A stretch of 64,000 nucleotides of DNA. It comes from an uncultured Aquimarina sp. (GTDB lineage: Bacteria > Bacteroidota > Bacteroidia > Flavobacteriales > Flavobacteriaceae). Of the stretch, positions 49,585 to 59,776 are shown in pieces. Location: the NCBI GenBank assembly GCA_947496555.1, contig CANMDH010000027.1, positions 261 to 64,260 on the forward strand, given 5' to 3'. A program made the translations under genes and the position numbers. The notes under the pieces are model-generated. The model saw only the letters and a list, made by a program, of their open reading frames with translations, was not told the DNA's origin and ran no database searches. The stretch's first letter is position 1; the number at the start of each line of letters is the position of its first letter.

Positions 49585-51762
49585 ATGAAATACATTTATT
49601 TTATTTTAATACTTGTAGCGACTGCTTGTACTAAAGAACCACAAACAGAATTATCCCGTTGGGAAACTCATAGTGCCAATACCGAGATCATTAGAGATAA
49701 TTTCGGAGTCCCGCATATTTATGGAAAAACTGATGCAGATGCTGTATTTGGTTTATTATATGCTCAATGTGAAGATGATTTTAATCGTGTTGAAAGAAAT
49801 TATATTTGGGCCATCGGTCGACTTGCCGAGGTGGAAGGAGAAGAAGCAATTTATAGCGACCTCAGAGCAAGATTATTTATGACCAAAGAGGAAGCTATAC
49901 AGCGCTATGAGACTAGTCCCGAATGGTTAAAAAAACTTTGCGTAGCCTTTGCAGACGGAATTAATTATTACTTGTATAAACATCCAGAGGTTAAACCAAA
50001 ATTATTGACACATTTTGAGCCCTGGATGCCGATGTATTTTAGTGAAGGATCTATAGGAGGAGACATCGAACGTATATCCACAAAAGATATCGAAAAATTT
50101 TATGAAAAAGAACCCTCATCGGTTTTAGCAAGTAAAATTAATGATGGGCTCATACGCCTTGCAGATAATGAGCCAAGAGGTTCTAATGGATTTGCTATTT
50201 CAGGAAAATTAACAACATCAGGCAATGCTATGCTACTTATTAATCCACATACATCATTTTTCTTTCGTGGAGAAGTACATATGGTAAGTGAAGAAGGCTT
50301 AAATGCCTATGGAGCTGTTACCTGGGGACAATTTTTTGTCTATCAAGGATTCAACGAAAAAACGGGGTGGATGCATACTTCAACATATACCGATGTCATA
50401 GATAGTTTTATCGAAACTATTGTAAAGAATGAAAATGGATTGAAATATAAATATGGTGATGAACTTCGACCTGTTGAGACATTGGATGTTACCCTTAAAT
50501 ATAAAGAAGATGGAGTAATTAAAGAACGTAACTTTCCGGTGTACCGAACCCATCACGGTCCAATCACTCATGCAATTGATAAGAAATGGGTAGCAACAGC
50601 GATGATGTGGGATCCTGTAAAAGCCTTAACCCAGTCTTTTACTAGGACAAAATTAAATGGACATAAAGAGTTCAAAGAAATGATGAATATACGAACAAAC
50701 TCTTCCAATAATACGGTATACGCTGATGCAGAAGGAAATATAGCCTATTACCATGGTAACTTTATTCCGATAAGAAATGTAAAATATGACTATACGATGC
50801 CAGTAGATGGTAGTGACCCATCTACAGATTGGAAAGGATTACATACGGTAGATGAATCTATCACGGTGTTTAATCCTGCTAATGGATGGATACAAAACTG
50901 TAATTCTACACCTTTTACAAGCGCTGCAGAATACAGTCCAAAAGCTGAAGATTACCCCAGATATATGTCACGAAATCATGAAAATTTTCGAGGTGTGCAT
51001 GCAATACGATTATTAGAAAAAACTAAGGGATTAACGTTGGATAAATTGATTGAAATGGCATACGATCCCCATTTACCGGCTTTTGAAGTATTAATTCCAG
51101 GACTGATAGCTGCATATGATACATCTTCGGATCCTGATAAATCTTTAAATGAACCTATTGAAGTATTAAGAAACTGGGATTTTGCCGTGTCCAAAGAATC
51201 GGTGGCTATGTCATTGGCTCATTATTATGGCACTCATTATTTACAGGAGGGGAAAGCTCCTGAAAAGCTGAGTTTTATGGAACGGGTAAACTACTTTAGT
51301 GTAGCATCTCCAAAAGAAGAGCGAATTGCTATTTTTAAAAAAGCAGTAACCAAACTAACTGAAGACTTTGGTAGCTGGAATACTCAATGGGGCGATATTA
51401 ACCGTTATCAAAGACTTAATGGAGCGATCAGGCAACCTTTTGATGATAATAAACCTAGCATTGGCGTAGGTTTGGCTTCAGGCAGATGGGGAGCGCTGGC
51501 TTCATTTGGTGCTAGAGCTTATGAAGGTACCAAACGCATGTATGGGACATCGGGTAATAGCTTTGTTGCTGTGGTAGAATTTGGTGATAAGATAAAGGCA
51601 AAAAGTTTGCTCGCTGGTGGTCAAAGCGGACATCCTGATTCTCCGCATTTTGACGATCAGGTTCAACGGTATGTGGATGTAAATTTTAAAGATGTCGCTT
51701 ATTACCGAGAAGACGTAGAAAAAAGATCAAAAGCCGTATATCATCCAGGAAAGGAGAAGTAA
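49585..51762 (+). CDS. Penicillin acylase family (S45) Ntn-hydrolase lipoprotein
   Basis: IIRDNFGVPHIY, beta-chain start G|SNGFA, LINPH, GGQSG; lipobox VATAC from ATG 49585. Confidence 0.9.
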   Translation: MKYIYFILILVATACTKEPQTELSRWETHSANTEIIRDNFGVPHIYGKTDADAVFGLLYAQCEDDFNRVERNYIWAIGRLAEVEGEEAIYSDLRARLFMTKEEAIQRYETSPEWLKKLCVAFADGINYYLYKHPEVKPKLLTHFEPWMPMYFSEGSIGGDIERISTKDIEKFYEKEPSSVLASKINDGLIRLADNEPRGSNGFAISGKLTTSGNAMLLINPHTSFFFRGEVHMVSEEGLNAYGAVTWGQFFVYQGFNEKTGWMHTSTYTDVIDSFIETIVKNENGLKYKYGDELRPVETLDVTLKYKEDGVIKERNFPVYRTHHGPITHAIDKKWVATAMMWDPVKALTQSFTRTKLNGHKEFKEMMNIRTNSSNNTVYADAEGNIAYYHGNFIPIRNVKYDYTMPVDGSDPSTDWKGLHTVDESITVFNPANGWIQNCNSTPFTSAAEYSPKAEDYPRYMSRNHENFRGVHAIRLLEKTKGLTLDKLIEMAYDPHLPAFEVLIPGLIAAYDTSSDPDKSLNEPIEVLRNWDFAVSKESVAMSLAHYYGTHYLQEGKAPEKLSFMERVNYFSVASPKEERIAIFKKAVTKLTEDFGSWNTQWGDINRYQRLNGAIRQPFDDNKPSIGVGLASGRWGALASFGARAYEGTKRMYGTSGNSFVAVVEFGDKIKAKSLLAGGQSGHPDSPHFDDQVQRYVDVNFKDVAYYREDVEKRSKAVYHPGKEK

Positions 51763-51856
51763 TTCTTGTGTTAATAATAAGTTTGAAAACTTGTTATGGA
51801 AAGCTAAACAATTCTCTACTTAATAAATACCACCTGATAAATGATCGATACAAACA

Positions 51857-53722
51857 TTATTTGATTGTAAAGAGGATATTATCTCTTGGATTTGTATCAG
51901 GGATGTAATCATTCCCTAATTGTATTTTTTCAATTCCCTTCGTTGTCTTGACTGTGAGGATCATGTTGTCTTTTTCTTGCCAAACCTTAGCAGAGTGATG
52001 AATACTTTGTGTTGTTTGATCTTTAAAAGTTATGGTTACGTCCAAAGGCACAGGAAGATCTCCTATTTTTTTTACAGTAATTTCATATACATTATTTCTT
52101 TCTTCTACTTGGGCAATACCCAAATCGGGATATCCGTTTTCAAAAAACCACTTTTTCCAAAACCAGTTTAAGTTTTGCTGAGATGTTTCATTTACATTGT
52201 AAAAAAAATCTAATGGAGTAGGATGTTTTCCTTTCCATGTTTCTATATAAGTGGCCAAACATTGCTTGAATAATTCTTTCCCCAGTATATCTTGCAAAAC
52301 ATATAATCCTACAGCTGGTTTCATATAGAAATTGAAATAGGAAGTTCTGCCTTTTAGCATGGTAGATTTGGTAGTAGATGCAATATTCGTATTAGTGTTT
52401 GCATAGGAGCTCATATTTCTGGCGTAACGTGTTAACCGATTTAATGAAGGTTCTTGTTTTTGCTGATACTCGTATGGGATCATTGCTGCAAATGCTTCAT
52501 CCATCCAGGCATGTTCTGTTTCATTGGTCAATACGTAAAATGGAAAATAATTATGAGCAATTTCATGGGCAGTGACATCTACGGTTCGGCCTCTGTTATC
52601 GGCCGAGGGATCATTTGCAATCATAGGATACTCCATACCACTGGCTCCGTTGGTACCATTAAATATGGTCATCGTTGGAAAGGGGAAAGGGTATGGAAGT
52701 TCATTTGAAAAGTAACGAATAGATTTTTTTGCTAAAAGCGCTACTTCGGTAAAATCTTTAGAATCAATCGGATAGGCGGTTTCTATAAAAATATTATTTC
52801 CGGAAACACCCTTTAATGATGTTCCATCCCAAAGGAAATGATCGCTCACACCAAAAGCCACATCAGAAACATTATTCGCTTTAAACACCCATTTATTATG
52901 AGACGTTATATGTTTTTCTGACGTGTAATCATCTTGATGTACTATCGAAATAATATCATCGCTTTTCTGAGCTAGTTTATAGTTATTATATATGTTTGGT
53001 GATAATACTTTTTCTGCATTTTGCAGCAGTCCAGAACCCCAAACCAGGTAGTCATCAGGTACTGTAACCGTATACTCATAATCACCGAGATCATAATAAA
53101 ATTCCTGTCCTCCGGTATGTATATTTTCGTCCCAGCCATTGATATCATCGTACACTGCAATTTTTGGGTACCACTGTCCCAGAAAGAAAGAAGTTTCATC
53201 TTTTGCCCCCATTCGGATATTACTTTTGGTAGGAATTGAAAAAACCCAGCTTAATTCAATATTAATCAATTCTGAAGGGAATATAGGTTGAGTAGGTTTT
53301 GCTATAATAAGAGTTCCTTCTGTACTATAATCCTTAATAAGTTCATCGCCAATTTTAAGCCGTTTGATCAAAACCCCAGAGTGAACATCATCTGGATGGA
53401 CTGGGTCATCTCGACGACTTCCTTTTTTATACAAATTTTGAAAAACGTGAAAAACGATCTGATGGAGTGTATCTGGACTATTGTTTTGGTACTTTATTAT
53501 TTCGGTACCAATTAGTTCTTTTTTTTGAGGGATAACTTCTGCATTAATCGTGTATGAAGCCGTGTTTTGCCAGTATTGTGTGCCTGGTATTCCTTTGGCT
53601 GTTCGAGTTCCTCTTTTAATGGCATCAGAAAAACTCTTGCTCATCGGTAATTTTTGCTGACTTACACCAACAAAAATTAAAAGAAACATAAAACTACAAC
53701 ATAGTACCTTTTTATAGAACAT
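51857..53722 (-). CDS. M1 family metallo-aminopeptidase, exported
   Basis: GMEYP; HEIAH followed by WMDE; signal peptide. Confidence 0.9.
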   Translation of the reverse strand: MFYKKVLCCSFMFLLIFVGVSQQKLPMSKSFSDAIKRGTRTAKGIPGTQYWQNTASYTINAEVIPQKKELIGTEIIKYQNNSPDTLHQIVFHVFQNLYKKGSRRDDPVHPDDVHSGVLIKRLKIGDELIKDYSTEGTLIIAKPTQPIFPSELINIELSWVFSIPTKSNIRMGAKDETSFFLGQWYPKIAVYDDINGWDENIHTGGQEFYYDLGDYEYTVTVPDDYLVWGSGLLQNAEKVLSPNIYNNYKLAQKSDDIISIVHQDDYTSEKHITSHNKWVFKANNVSDVAFGVSDHFLWDGTSLKGVSGNNIFIETAYPIDSKDFTEVALLAKKSIRYFSNELPYPFPFPTMTIFNGTNGASGMEYPMIANDPSADNRGRTVDVTAHEIAHNYFPFYVLTNETEHAWMDEAFAAMIPYEYQQKQEPSLNRLTRYARNMSSYANTNTNIASTTKSTMLKGRTSYFNFYMKPAVGLYVLQDILGKELFKQCLATYIETWKGKHPTPLDFFYNVNETSQQNLNWFWKKWFFENGYPDLGIAQVEERNNVYEITVKKIGDLPVPLDVTITFKDQTTQSIHHSAKVWQEKDNMILTVKTTKGIEKIQLGNDYIPDTNPRDNILFTIK

Positions 53723-53819
53723 TTTTAAATTTTTTAATCATTTAAGATTCATATACCTGATTCTAGGTGTATTTTTCATGAGCATTGTCCCTGTAAATCT
53801 TAGTGCTGACAACGCAATA

Positions 53820-56800
53820 TTATTCTAAATTCTTTTTGACCTTCGCAAATTCAACTTTTAAATGTTCAAAACGCATTTCGGCTTCTTTTCCAGGTAACTG
53901 ATCTGCATTACTGATCATATGATACAAATACATAATCTGATCAACCAGCATTGGCTTTGGGTAAGCGCCATCATCATTTTTTAATTGTTTAAGTACTTTT
54001 TCTACTTTTTTTAATCTTTCTGATGATTGGTTCTTTTCTTTCAACTTAATCACTTCGGTTTCCAGAGTGTCTTGAAACTTACGTGCTGCTGTAAGAAGTT
54101 CGCTAATTTCTTGTTGCTTTTCAATTTGCAAAACTATATCTTCTTTGGATACCCCATTGGCTTTTACCCTGGGATCGATTAAAAGTTCAAATGTTTGTTC
54201 TATAACGTTAGTATTCGTGCTTAATCTAACGGTGTAAATTCCCGGAGCTGCAATGGGTCCATTTTGAAATCTTCTAGAAACCTCTTTTGCCCATGGGCCG
54301 GAATGTCTTAAGTTCCAATTAAAACGATTTAAACCAGGTGTGTTGCTCAACGATTTGTCGACTAGATAAATGGTTTCATTAGTACTCATTGTACTTACAA
54401 CATTTTCAATTAATTTTGGTTTGGTTGTATCACTAACGTATGTCGCAATAATTATTTTATTAGCATTAAGAATATCTAGTTTTACACTAGTTTTATGATC
54501 TTTTGGTATATAATAATCAATAGCAACATTAGCTTGTGGATACACAGGAAATGTAGTTTGGCCATTACGTATCTTCGGATAACGATATCTTATCGTATTA
54601 TCCGGTTTAAATAACCAGGGAGAACTTCCTAGTTTATTGATTTCGGCTTGTCTTAACGAAGTGATATTATCCAATATCCAAAAAGAACGACCCATAGTAC
54701 TTACAATAAGGTCACCACGATAGATTTTAATATCGGTTACCGGCGTAACCGGCAAATTTTGCTGAAATGATTGCCATTTTTTACCATCATCGAATGAAAT
54801 AAACAATCCAAATTCTGTGCCCGCATACAATAGGCCTTCTCTTATAGGGTCTTCTCTTATTACCCGCGTTGGAAAATCAGCAGGAATACCATTACTGTCA
54901 GTGGTAATTAATTCCCAGGTTTTCCCATAATTCTCAGTTTTGTAAATATAAGGCTTTTCATCTCCCAATTGATATCGTAATATAGATACGTAGGCTTTTG
55001 CCGAATTATGAGAAGACGGCTCAACAGCATCAACCCGACCACCTTCTGGTAATTTAGATGGGGTAACGTTTGTCCATGTTTTTCCTCCATCTTTAGTAAG
55101 TTGAACTAGACCATCATTCGACCCTGTCCAAATTAATCCTTCTTTAATTTTAGATTCTCTGATAGAGTACAAGGTGCTATAATATTCTTCACCAGTAATG
55201 TCTCGGGTTATGGGGCTACCAGAAATAACTTGTTTGTCTTCCTCGAACGCTGTTAAATCTGGTGAAATTGTTTGCCAGGTTAATCCATCATCGGTCGTTT
55301 TGTGTAGATACTGGGAACCGTGATAGACGGTATTGGGATTATGTGGTGATATATGAATAGGAGCTACTCGCTGAAAGCGATATCGTAAATCTTTTGGATT
55401 ATGGCCATAGATATTGCTTGCACCAACATAGTATCCTTTTTCAACACTTGTTCGTTTATCAAAAACATTAAAACGTCCCTTACAGTTTGAATATACTATA
55501 GAATGATTTCCAGGTTTGGGTACTGCAGGTCCAGTTTCGCATCCTCCGGTATTTATAATCCAGCCAACTCCGGTATTTTGGATGGCACTTGGCGCAAAAC
55601 TTGGTACTGCGATAGTAGTATAATTATCCTGTTGACCGGCATACAACCAATAAGGGTACTGGTCATCAACTTCTACTTGGTAAAGTTCTGCTGTAGGTTG
55701 GTTAAACTGGCTTGACCATGTTTTACCCCCATTGTGAGTTACATTGGCACCCCCATCATTGGATTGAATAAATAACTCAGGATTATCTGGATTGATCCAG
55801 ATATCATGATTATCCCCATGTGGAGGCTTCATCTTAGTCCATGTTTTACCCCCATCGATAGATTTTAACATTGGGTTTGCCATTGAATATACTATTTCAG
55901 GGTTTTTAGGATCGACTTCAACGTTGGTATAATAAAAAGGTCTATTTACTAAACCTGCTTCATTTGATACCTGTTCGAAAGATTTGCCTTGATTTTCAGA
56001 TTTATACAGGCCCCCTTCTTTTCCCGGAGCCTCAATAATAGCATATAGGATACTTGAATCGACTGGTGACACTGCCAAATCTATCTTTCCTATTAATCCT
56101 TGAGGCAGGCCTTGACTTAGTTTTTTCCAGGTTTTTCCACCGTTTACTGATTTATAGATACCTCCTTCGCTCGTATCACCCCCAGAAACGATAGTCCATG
56201 GTTTGCGCTGAGCTTTCCATGCTGCTGCATAAACCACCTCAGGATTACCTGGCAACAATTCTAAATCAGCAAAGCCAACTTCATCAGAAATAAAAAGAAC
56301 TTTTTCCCAGGAGACTCCACCGTCTATAGTTTTGTAAATACCACGTTCAGAGTTGGATTTAAATGCATTACCAATAGCTGCAACCCACACAATGTTATGA
56401 TTTGTAGGATCTATTTCTACTGCACCTATATGTCCAGTATTCTTTAAACCTATATGCTGCCATGTTTTTCCTGCGTCAATTGATTTATACATTCCTTTAC
56501 CGGTAATAACGTTACTTCTAAGACCGTCAGAACCAGTACCCACATAAACAATATTAGCATCATGATGTGCTACGCCAATATCACCTATCGATGGCGTTGC
56601 GAAGTACCCATCAGAAACATTCTTCCATGAGGTGCCATAGTCTTCGGTTTTCCAAACTCCGCCACCTGAAGCTCCAAGATAAAAAGTTGAAGGTGTGGTT
56701 GGAGCCCCAGTAACTGCTGTTACACGACCACCTCTTCCGGGACCAACAGTTCTGTATTTCAATGCGCTAAAATTCTGTGCTATTATCTCTTGGGCACCTA

Positions 56801-56894
56801 AAAAGAGTAATAAACAAAAAATAATGTCATTTGTTATCCTCATAAATTTGTTTTTATGCTCGAGTTTAGCATTAAATGGAATTGTTTTATTCAT
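53820..56894 (-). CDS. VPS10/sortilin-like BNR-repeat beta-propeller protein, exported
   Basis: GPGRGGRVTAV, repeated S.DGG.TW Asp-boxes, HGDNHDIWINP. Confidence 0.88.
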   Translation of the reverse strand: MNKTIPFNAKLEHKNKFMRITNDIIFCLLLFLGAQEIIAQNFSALKYRTVGPGRGGRVTAVTGAPTTPSTFYLGASGGGVWKTEDYGTSWKNVSDGYFATPSIGDIGVAHHDANIVYVGTGSDGLRSNVITGKGMYKSIDAGKTWQHIGLKNTGHIGAVEIDPTNHNIVWVAAIGNAFKSNSERGIYKTIDGGVSWEKVLFISDEVGFADLELLPGNPEVVYAAAWKAQRKPWTIVSGGDTSEGGIYKSVNGGKTWKKLSQGLPQGLIGKIDLAVSPVDSSILYAIIEAPGKEGGLYKSENQGKSFEQVSNEAGLVNRPFYYTNVEVDPKNPEIVYSMANPMLKSIDGGKTWTKMKPPHGDNHDIWINPDNPELFIQSNDGGANVTHNGGKTWSSQFNQPTAELYQVEVDDQYPYWLYAGQQDNYTTIAVPSFAPSAIQNTGVGWIINTGGCETGPAVPKPGNHSIVYSNCKGRFNVFDKRTSVEKGYYVGASNIYGHNPKDLRYRFQRVAPIHISPHNPNTVYHGSQYLHKTTDDGLTWQTISPDLTAFEEDKQVISGSPITRDITGEEYYSTLYSIRESKIKEGLIWTGSNDGLVQLTKDGGKTWTNVTPSKLPEGGRVDAVEPSSHNSAKAYVSILRYQLGDEKPYIYKTENYGKTWELITTDSNGIPADFPTRVIREDPIREGLLYAGTEFGLFISFDDGKKWQSFQQNLPVTPVTDIKIYRGDLIVSTMGRSFWILDNITSLRQAEINKLGSSPWLFKPDNTIRYRYPKIRNGQTTFPVYPQANVAIDYYIPKDHKTSVKLDILNANKIIIATYVSDTTKPKLIENVVSTMSTNETIYLVDKSLSNTPGLNRFNWNLRHSGPWAKEVSRRFQNGPIAAPGIYTVRLSTNTNVIEQTFELLIDPRVKANGVSKEDIVLQIEKQQEISELLTAARKFQDTLETEVIKLKEKNQSSERLKKVEKVLKQLKNDDGAYPKPMLVDQIMYLYHMISNADQLPGKEAEMRFEHLKVEFAKVKKNLE

Positions 56895-56906
56895 TACTTT
56901 ATAGAA

Positions 56907-58517
56907 CTAATTATTTTTTTTAAGAGTAGGATAGCTAATTCCTAATTGTTCCAAATATGAATCGTATTTATTTTCATCGTAATAAAATTGCTCTAACTTC
57001 TCTCTGTATTGGTTCATGATGTTTTTATTCAAGTAAATTGGCGGCTTATCATCAGCCGAAATCATGGGTTTATACTTTGTTTCTTTACTTTGTACATCAT
57101 TAAAATAATTCCATGCTTGTTCTACCAGAATTGGTTTTAGTAACAGGTCAAGTATAGTCATTGCATCTACTTTTGCTCCTGAGGTGGCACCTTTGTGAGC
57201 AATAGGGGTGGCCATTGCAATTGCATTGCTCCAATGATGCCCTTGCAAACCTGGTATATTTGAAGGGTATCTGAGTGTCACTGTCGGAACTTTCCATGAC
57301 ACGTCTCCAATATCATCAGACCCCCCGCTTACAGGTCTTTTAAGGGGAATTCCTATTGGTGAAAGTTTTGTATTTAGGCCATCTGTTTTTTTTGAATTTA
57401 CTTCCTTTTGAACTGCTTTTGCAAGCATCTGGTCTTCGTTTGACCATTGTGGCAAGCCTATTTGCTGTATGTTTTCATACATTTGCTCAGCAATAATCTT
57501 ATTAAAATGTCGTGGCCATGCCGCTCCAACAATTTTAGAGGTCATTGCAGTATCAGTCATTAGGGCTGCTCCTTTAGCTATATTGTTTGCGTCATTATAC
57601 ATTTCAATAATTCCTTCATAGGTAATATCCCGAAAGTAATACCATATAGAGGCTTTTGACGGGACAACATTAGGTTGGTCTCCTGCATCGGTAAAAATAG
57701 AATGTGACCTTTTCAAAGGGTGCAAATGTTCTCGTTTATAATTCCATCCCACATTCATGAGTTCGGCAGCGTCAAGTGCGCTTCTCCCTCTCCAGGGTGA
57801 ACCTGCAGAATGTGCAGCTTCTCCATCAAAGGTATACTCCACAGATATTAGCCCAGTACCTCTTGCCTGACCCCACGAGACGCTTAAGTTACTGCTCACA
57901 TGAGTAAAGATGCAAACATCAATATCATCAAAAAAACCATCTCGAGTGTACCATGCTTTAGAAGCAAGCAATTCTTCGGCTATACCAGGCCAAAGTACTA
58001 AAGTACCTTTGATATCTTCTCGTTCCATTAGTTGTTTTACGGCCAGGGCAGCAGTAATATTTAGTGGTATTCCCGAGTTATGTCCCTCGCCATGCCCTGG
58101 CGCTCCATCGACCATTGGTTTGTGGTAAGCAACCCCAGGGTATTGAGAAGCTTTCGGAATACAATCAACATCACTGCCCAATGCGATAACTGGACCTTTA
58201 CCATTACTCCATCTAGCAAACCATGCTGTGGGTATGCCAGCGACCCCCTTTTCAATTTGAAATCCGTTTTTCTCTAATATTTGGCTTAAGTATTTTGAAG
58301 ATTCAGTTTCTTGAAACCCTAATTCTGAAAAACTGAATATTTTATCTATCATAACTTGTGTTTGCTTATGATTAGATTCAACTAAGTCCGCAACTTCAGA
58401 TTTCAATTTTGTAATTTGTTTTTTTGAGTATTTTTTTTGAGCGACTATTTGATTAAAACTACTTAATAATAGTAGCACGCAAAAAAACAGAGTTGATTTT
58501 TTTAGAGGTGCTTTCAT
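56907..58517 (-). CDS. M20/AbgB-like amidohydrolase with signal peptide
   Basis: SELGFQE, GHGEGHN, AEE, AHSAGSPWRGRSALDA, GSDDIGDVSW. Confidence 0.88.
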   Translation of the reverse strand: MKAPLKKSTLFFCVLLLLSSFNQIVAQKKYSKKQITKLKSEVADLVESNHKQTQVMIDKIFSFSELGFQETESSKYLSQILEKNGFQIEKGVAGIPTAWFARWSNGKGPVIALGSDVDCIPKASQYPGVAYHKPMVDGAPGHGEGHNSGIPLNITAALAVKQLMEREDIKGTLVLWPGIAEELLASKAWYTRDGFFDDIDVCIFTHVSSNLSVSWGQARGTGLISVEYTFDGEAAHSAGSPWRGRSALDAAELMNVGWNYKREHLHPLKRSHSIFTDAGDQPNVVPSKASIWYYFRDITYEGIIEMYNDANNIAKGAALMTDTAMTSKIVGAAWPRHFNKIIAEQMYENIQQIGLPQWSNEDQMLAKAVQKEVNSKKTDGLNTKLSPIGIPLKRPVSGGSDDIGDVSWKVPTVTLRYPSNIPGLQGHHWSNAIAMATPIAHKGATSGAKVDAMTILDLLLKPILVEQAWNYFNDVQSKETKYKPMISADDKPPIYLNKNIMNQYREKLEQFYYDENKYDSYLEQLGISYPTLKKNN

Positions 58518-58606
58518 AAATATTGATAATTAAGATGTTAATTTTTTTTTGACTTTTTTTTAAATAGTAATAGTTTTTAAAACACGTTGACTTATAGTTA
58601 ACCTAT

Positions 58607-59764
58607 TTATTTTTTACGAGCATTATATTTATCTAATATTTTAAGTGTTTTTTCGATAGGTAATGCGTTCATCATTCTTCCTTTTTGTCCTTTCATATCG
58701 GTTGCCATAAAAAGAGAATTATAAATCGCTTCTTCGGTAGCTTCAACTACTGCCAGAAAAAGAGGAGACATGTGGTCATTGGAAACTTCTAAAACAGGTT
58801 TTTCTATTTTTTTTGAATCATACGGGATACGAAGTTGAGGGTGAGTACTAAAGGCTATGCTATAATCACCACTACCATTAGATGAAAAAGACCCTACTTT
58901 ACCAAATGCCAGAAAAGAACGTTTTGCCAGACGTTTTAAATTTCTGGCTGATAATGGAGCATCAGTAGCAATAATAATCATACACGAACCATCAACCACA
59001 TAAGGAACATCCTGCGCCATATAAAAATTATTGAGTTCTTCTCCTACAGGAGCACCATTGATGGTAAGAATGCCTCCAAAATTGGTTTGAACGAGGACAC
59101 CAATCGTATAACCTCCTTTATCTTTTGGGAGTACTCGGGATGAAGTCCCAATACCTCCTTTAAAGCCCAAACATCTAGTTCCTGTTCCTGCACCTACATT
59201 TCCCTCGGCGACAATTTTTGTAGTTGCTGCATGTATAGCTTCGATAACGTGATTATCTTTTACGTTCCGTCCTCTAATATCATTCAGCCATCCATCGTTG
59301 GTTTCCCCTACCACCGGATTAACTGACCTGATGTTGGAATTTTCATGGGTCGATAGCGTGTAATTTACAATGCTATTGGCAACAAGAAAAGCATTGAGTG
59401 TGTTAGTTAAGGCTATTGGTGTTTCGAGATTACCTAGCTCTTCGATTTGTGTAAAACCAAGTGCTTTACCAAAACCGTTACCTACAAATACTGCTGCGGG
59501 TACTTTTTCCCTGAAAATGTTTCCCTGATGAGGTATGATTACTGTGACACCAGTACGTATCGAATCTCCAACTATCAATGTTTTTTGTCCTACCGAAACA
59601 CCATTTACATCGGTAATAGCATTCCATTTTCCCGGTGTAAGGATACCAGGTTCAATACCAAAATCCCTAGCTCTTTTCCTTTGATTTTGGGCTTGTAAAT
59701 TTAAAAAGAAACTAAAAACAAATATTAATAGTATTGACCAGTGTATCATTTTAGATAAAATCAT
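58607..59764 (-). CDS. DmpA-like P1/S58 L-aminopeptidase/D-Ala-esterase/amidase, exported
   Basis: NAITDV.GV.VG, NGFGK, ETNDGWLND, GAGTG...KGGIGTSSR, autoprocessing site DG|SCMIIIATDAP, NGSGD. Confidence 0.9.
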   Translation of the reverse strand: MILSKMIHWSILLIFVFSFFLNLQAQNQRKRARDFGIEPGILTPGKWNAITDVNGVSVGQKTLIVGDSIRTGVTVIIPHQGNIFREKVPAAVFVGNGFGKALGFTQIEELGNLETPIALTNTLNAFLVANSIVNYTLSTHENSNIRSVNPVVGETNDGWLNDIRGRNVKDNHVIEAIHAATTKIVAEGNVGAGTGTRCLGFKGGIGTSSRVLPKDKGGYTIGVLVQTNFGGILTINGAPVGEELNNFYMAQDVPYVVDGSCMIIIATDAPLSARNLKRLAKRSFLAFGKVGSFSSNGSGDYSIAFSTHPQLRIPYDSKKIEKPVLEVSNDHMSPLFLAVVEATEEAIYNSLFMATDMKGQKGRMMNALPIEKTLKILDKYNARKK

Positions 59765-59776
59765 TGTTTGTTATTT

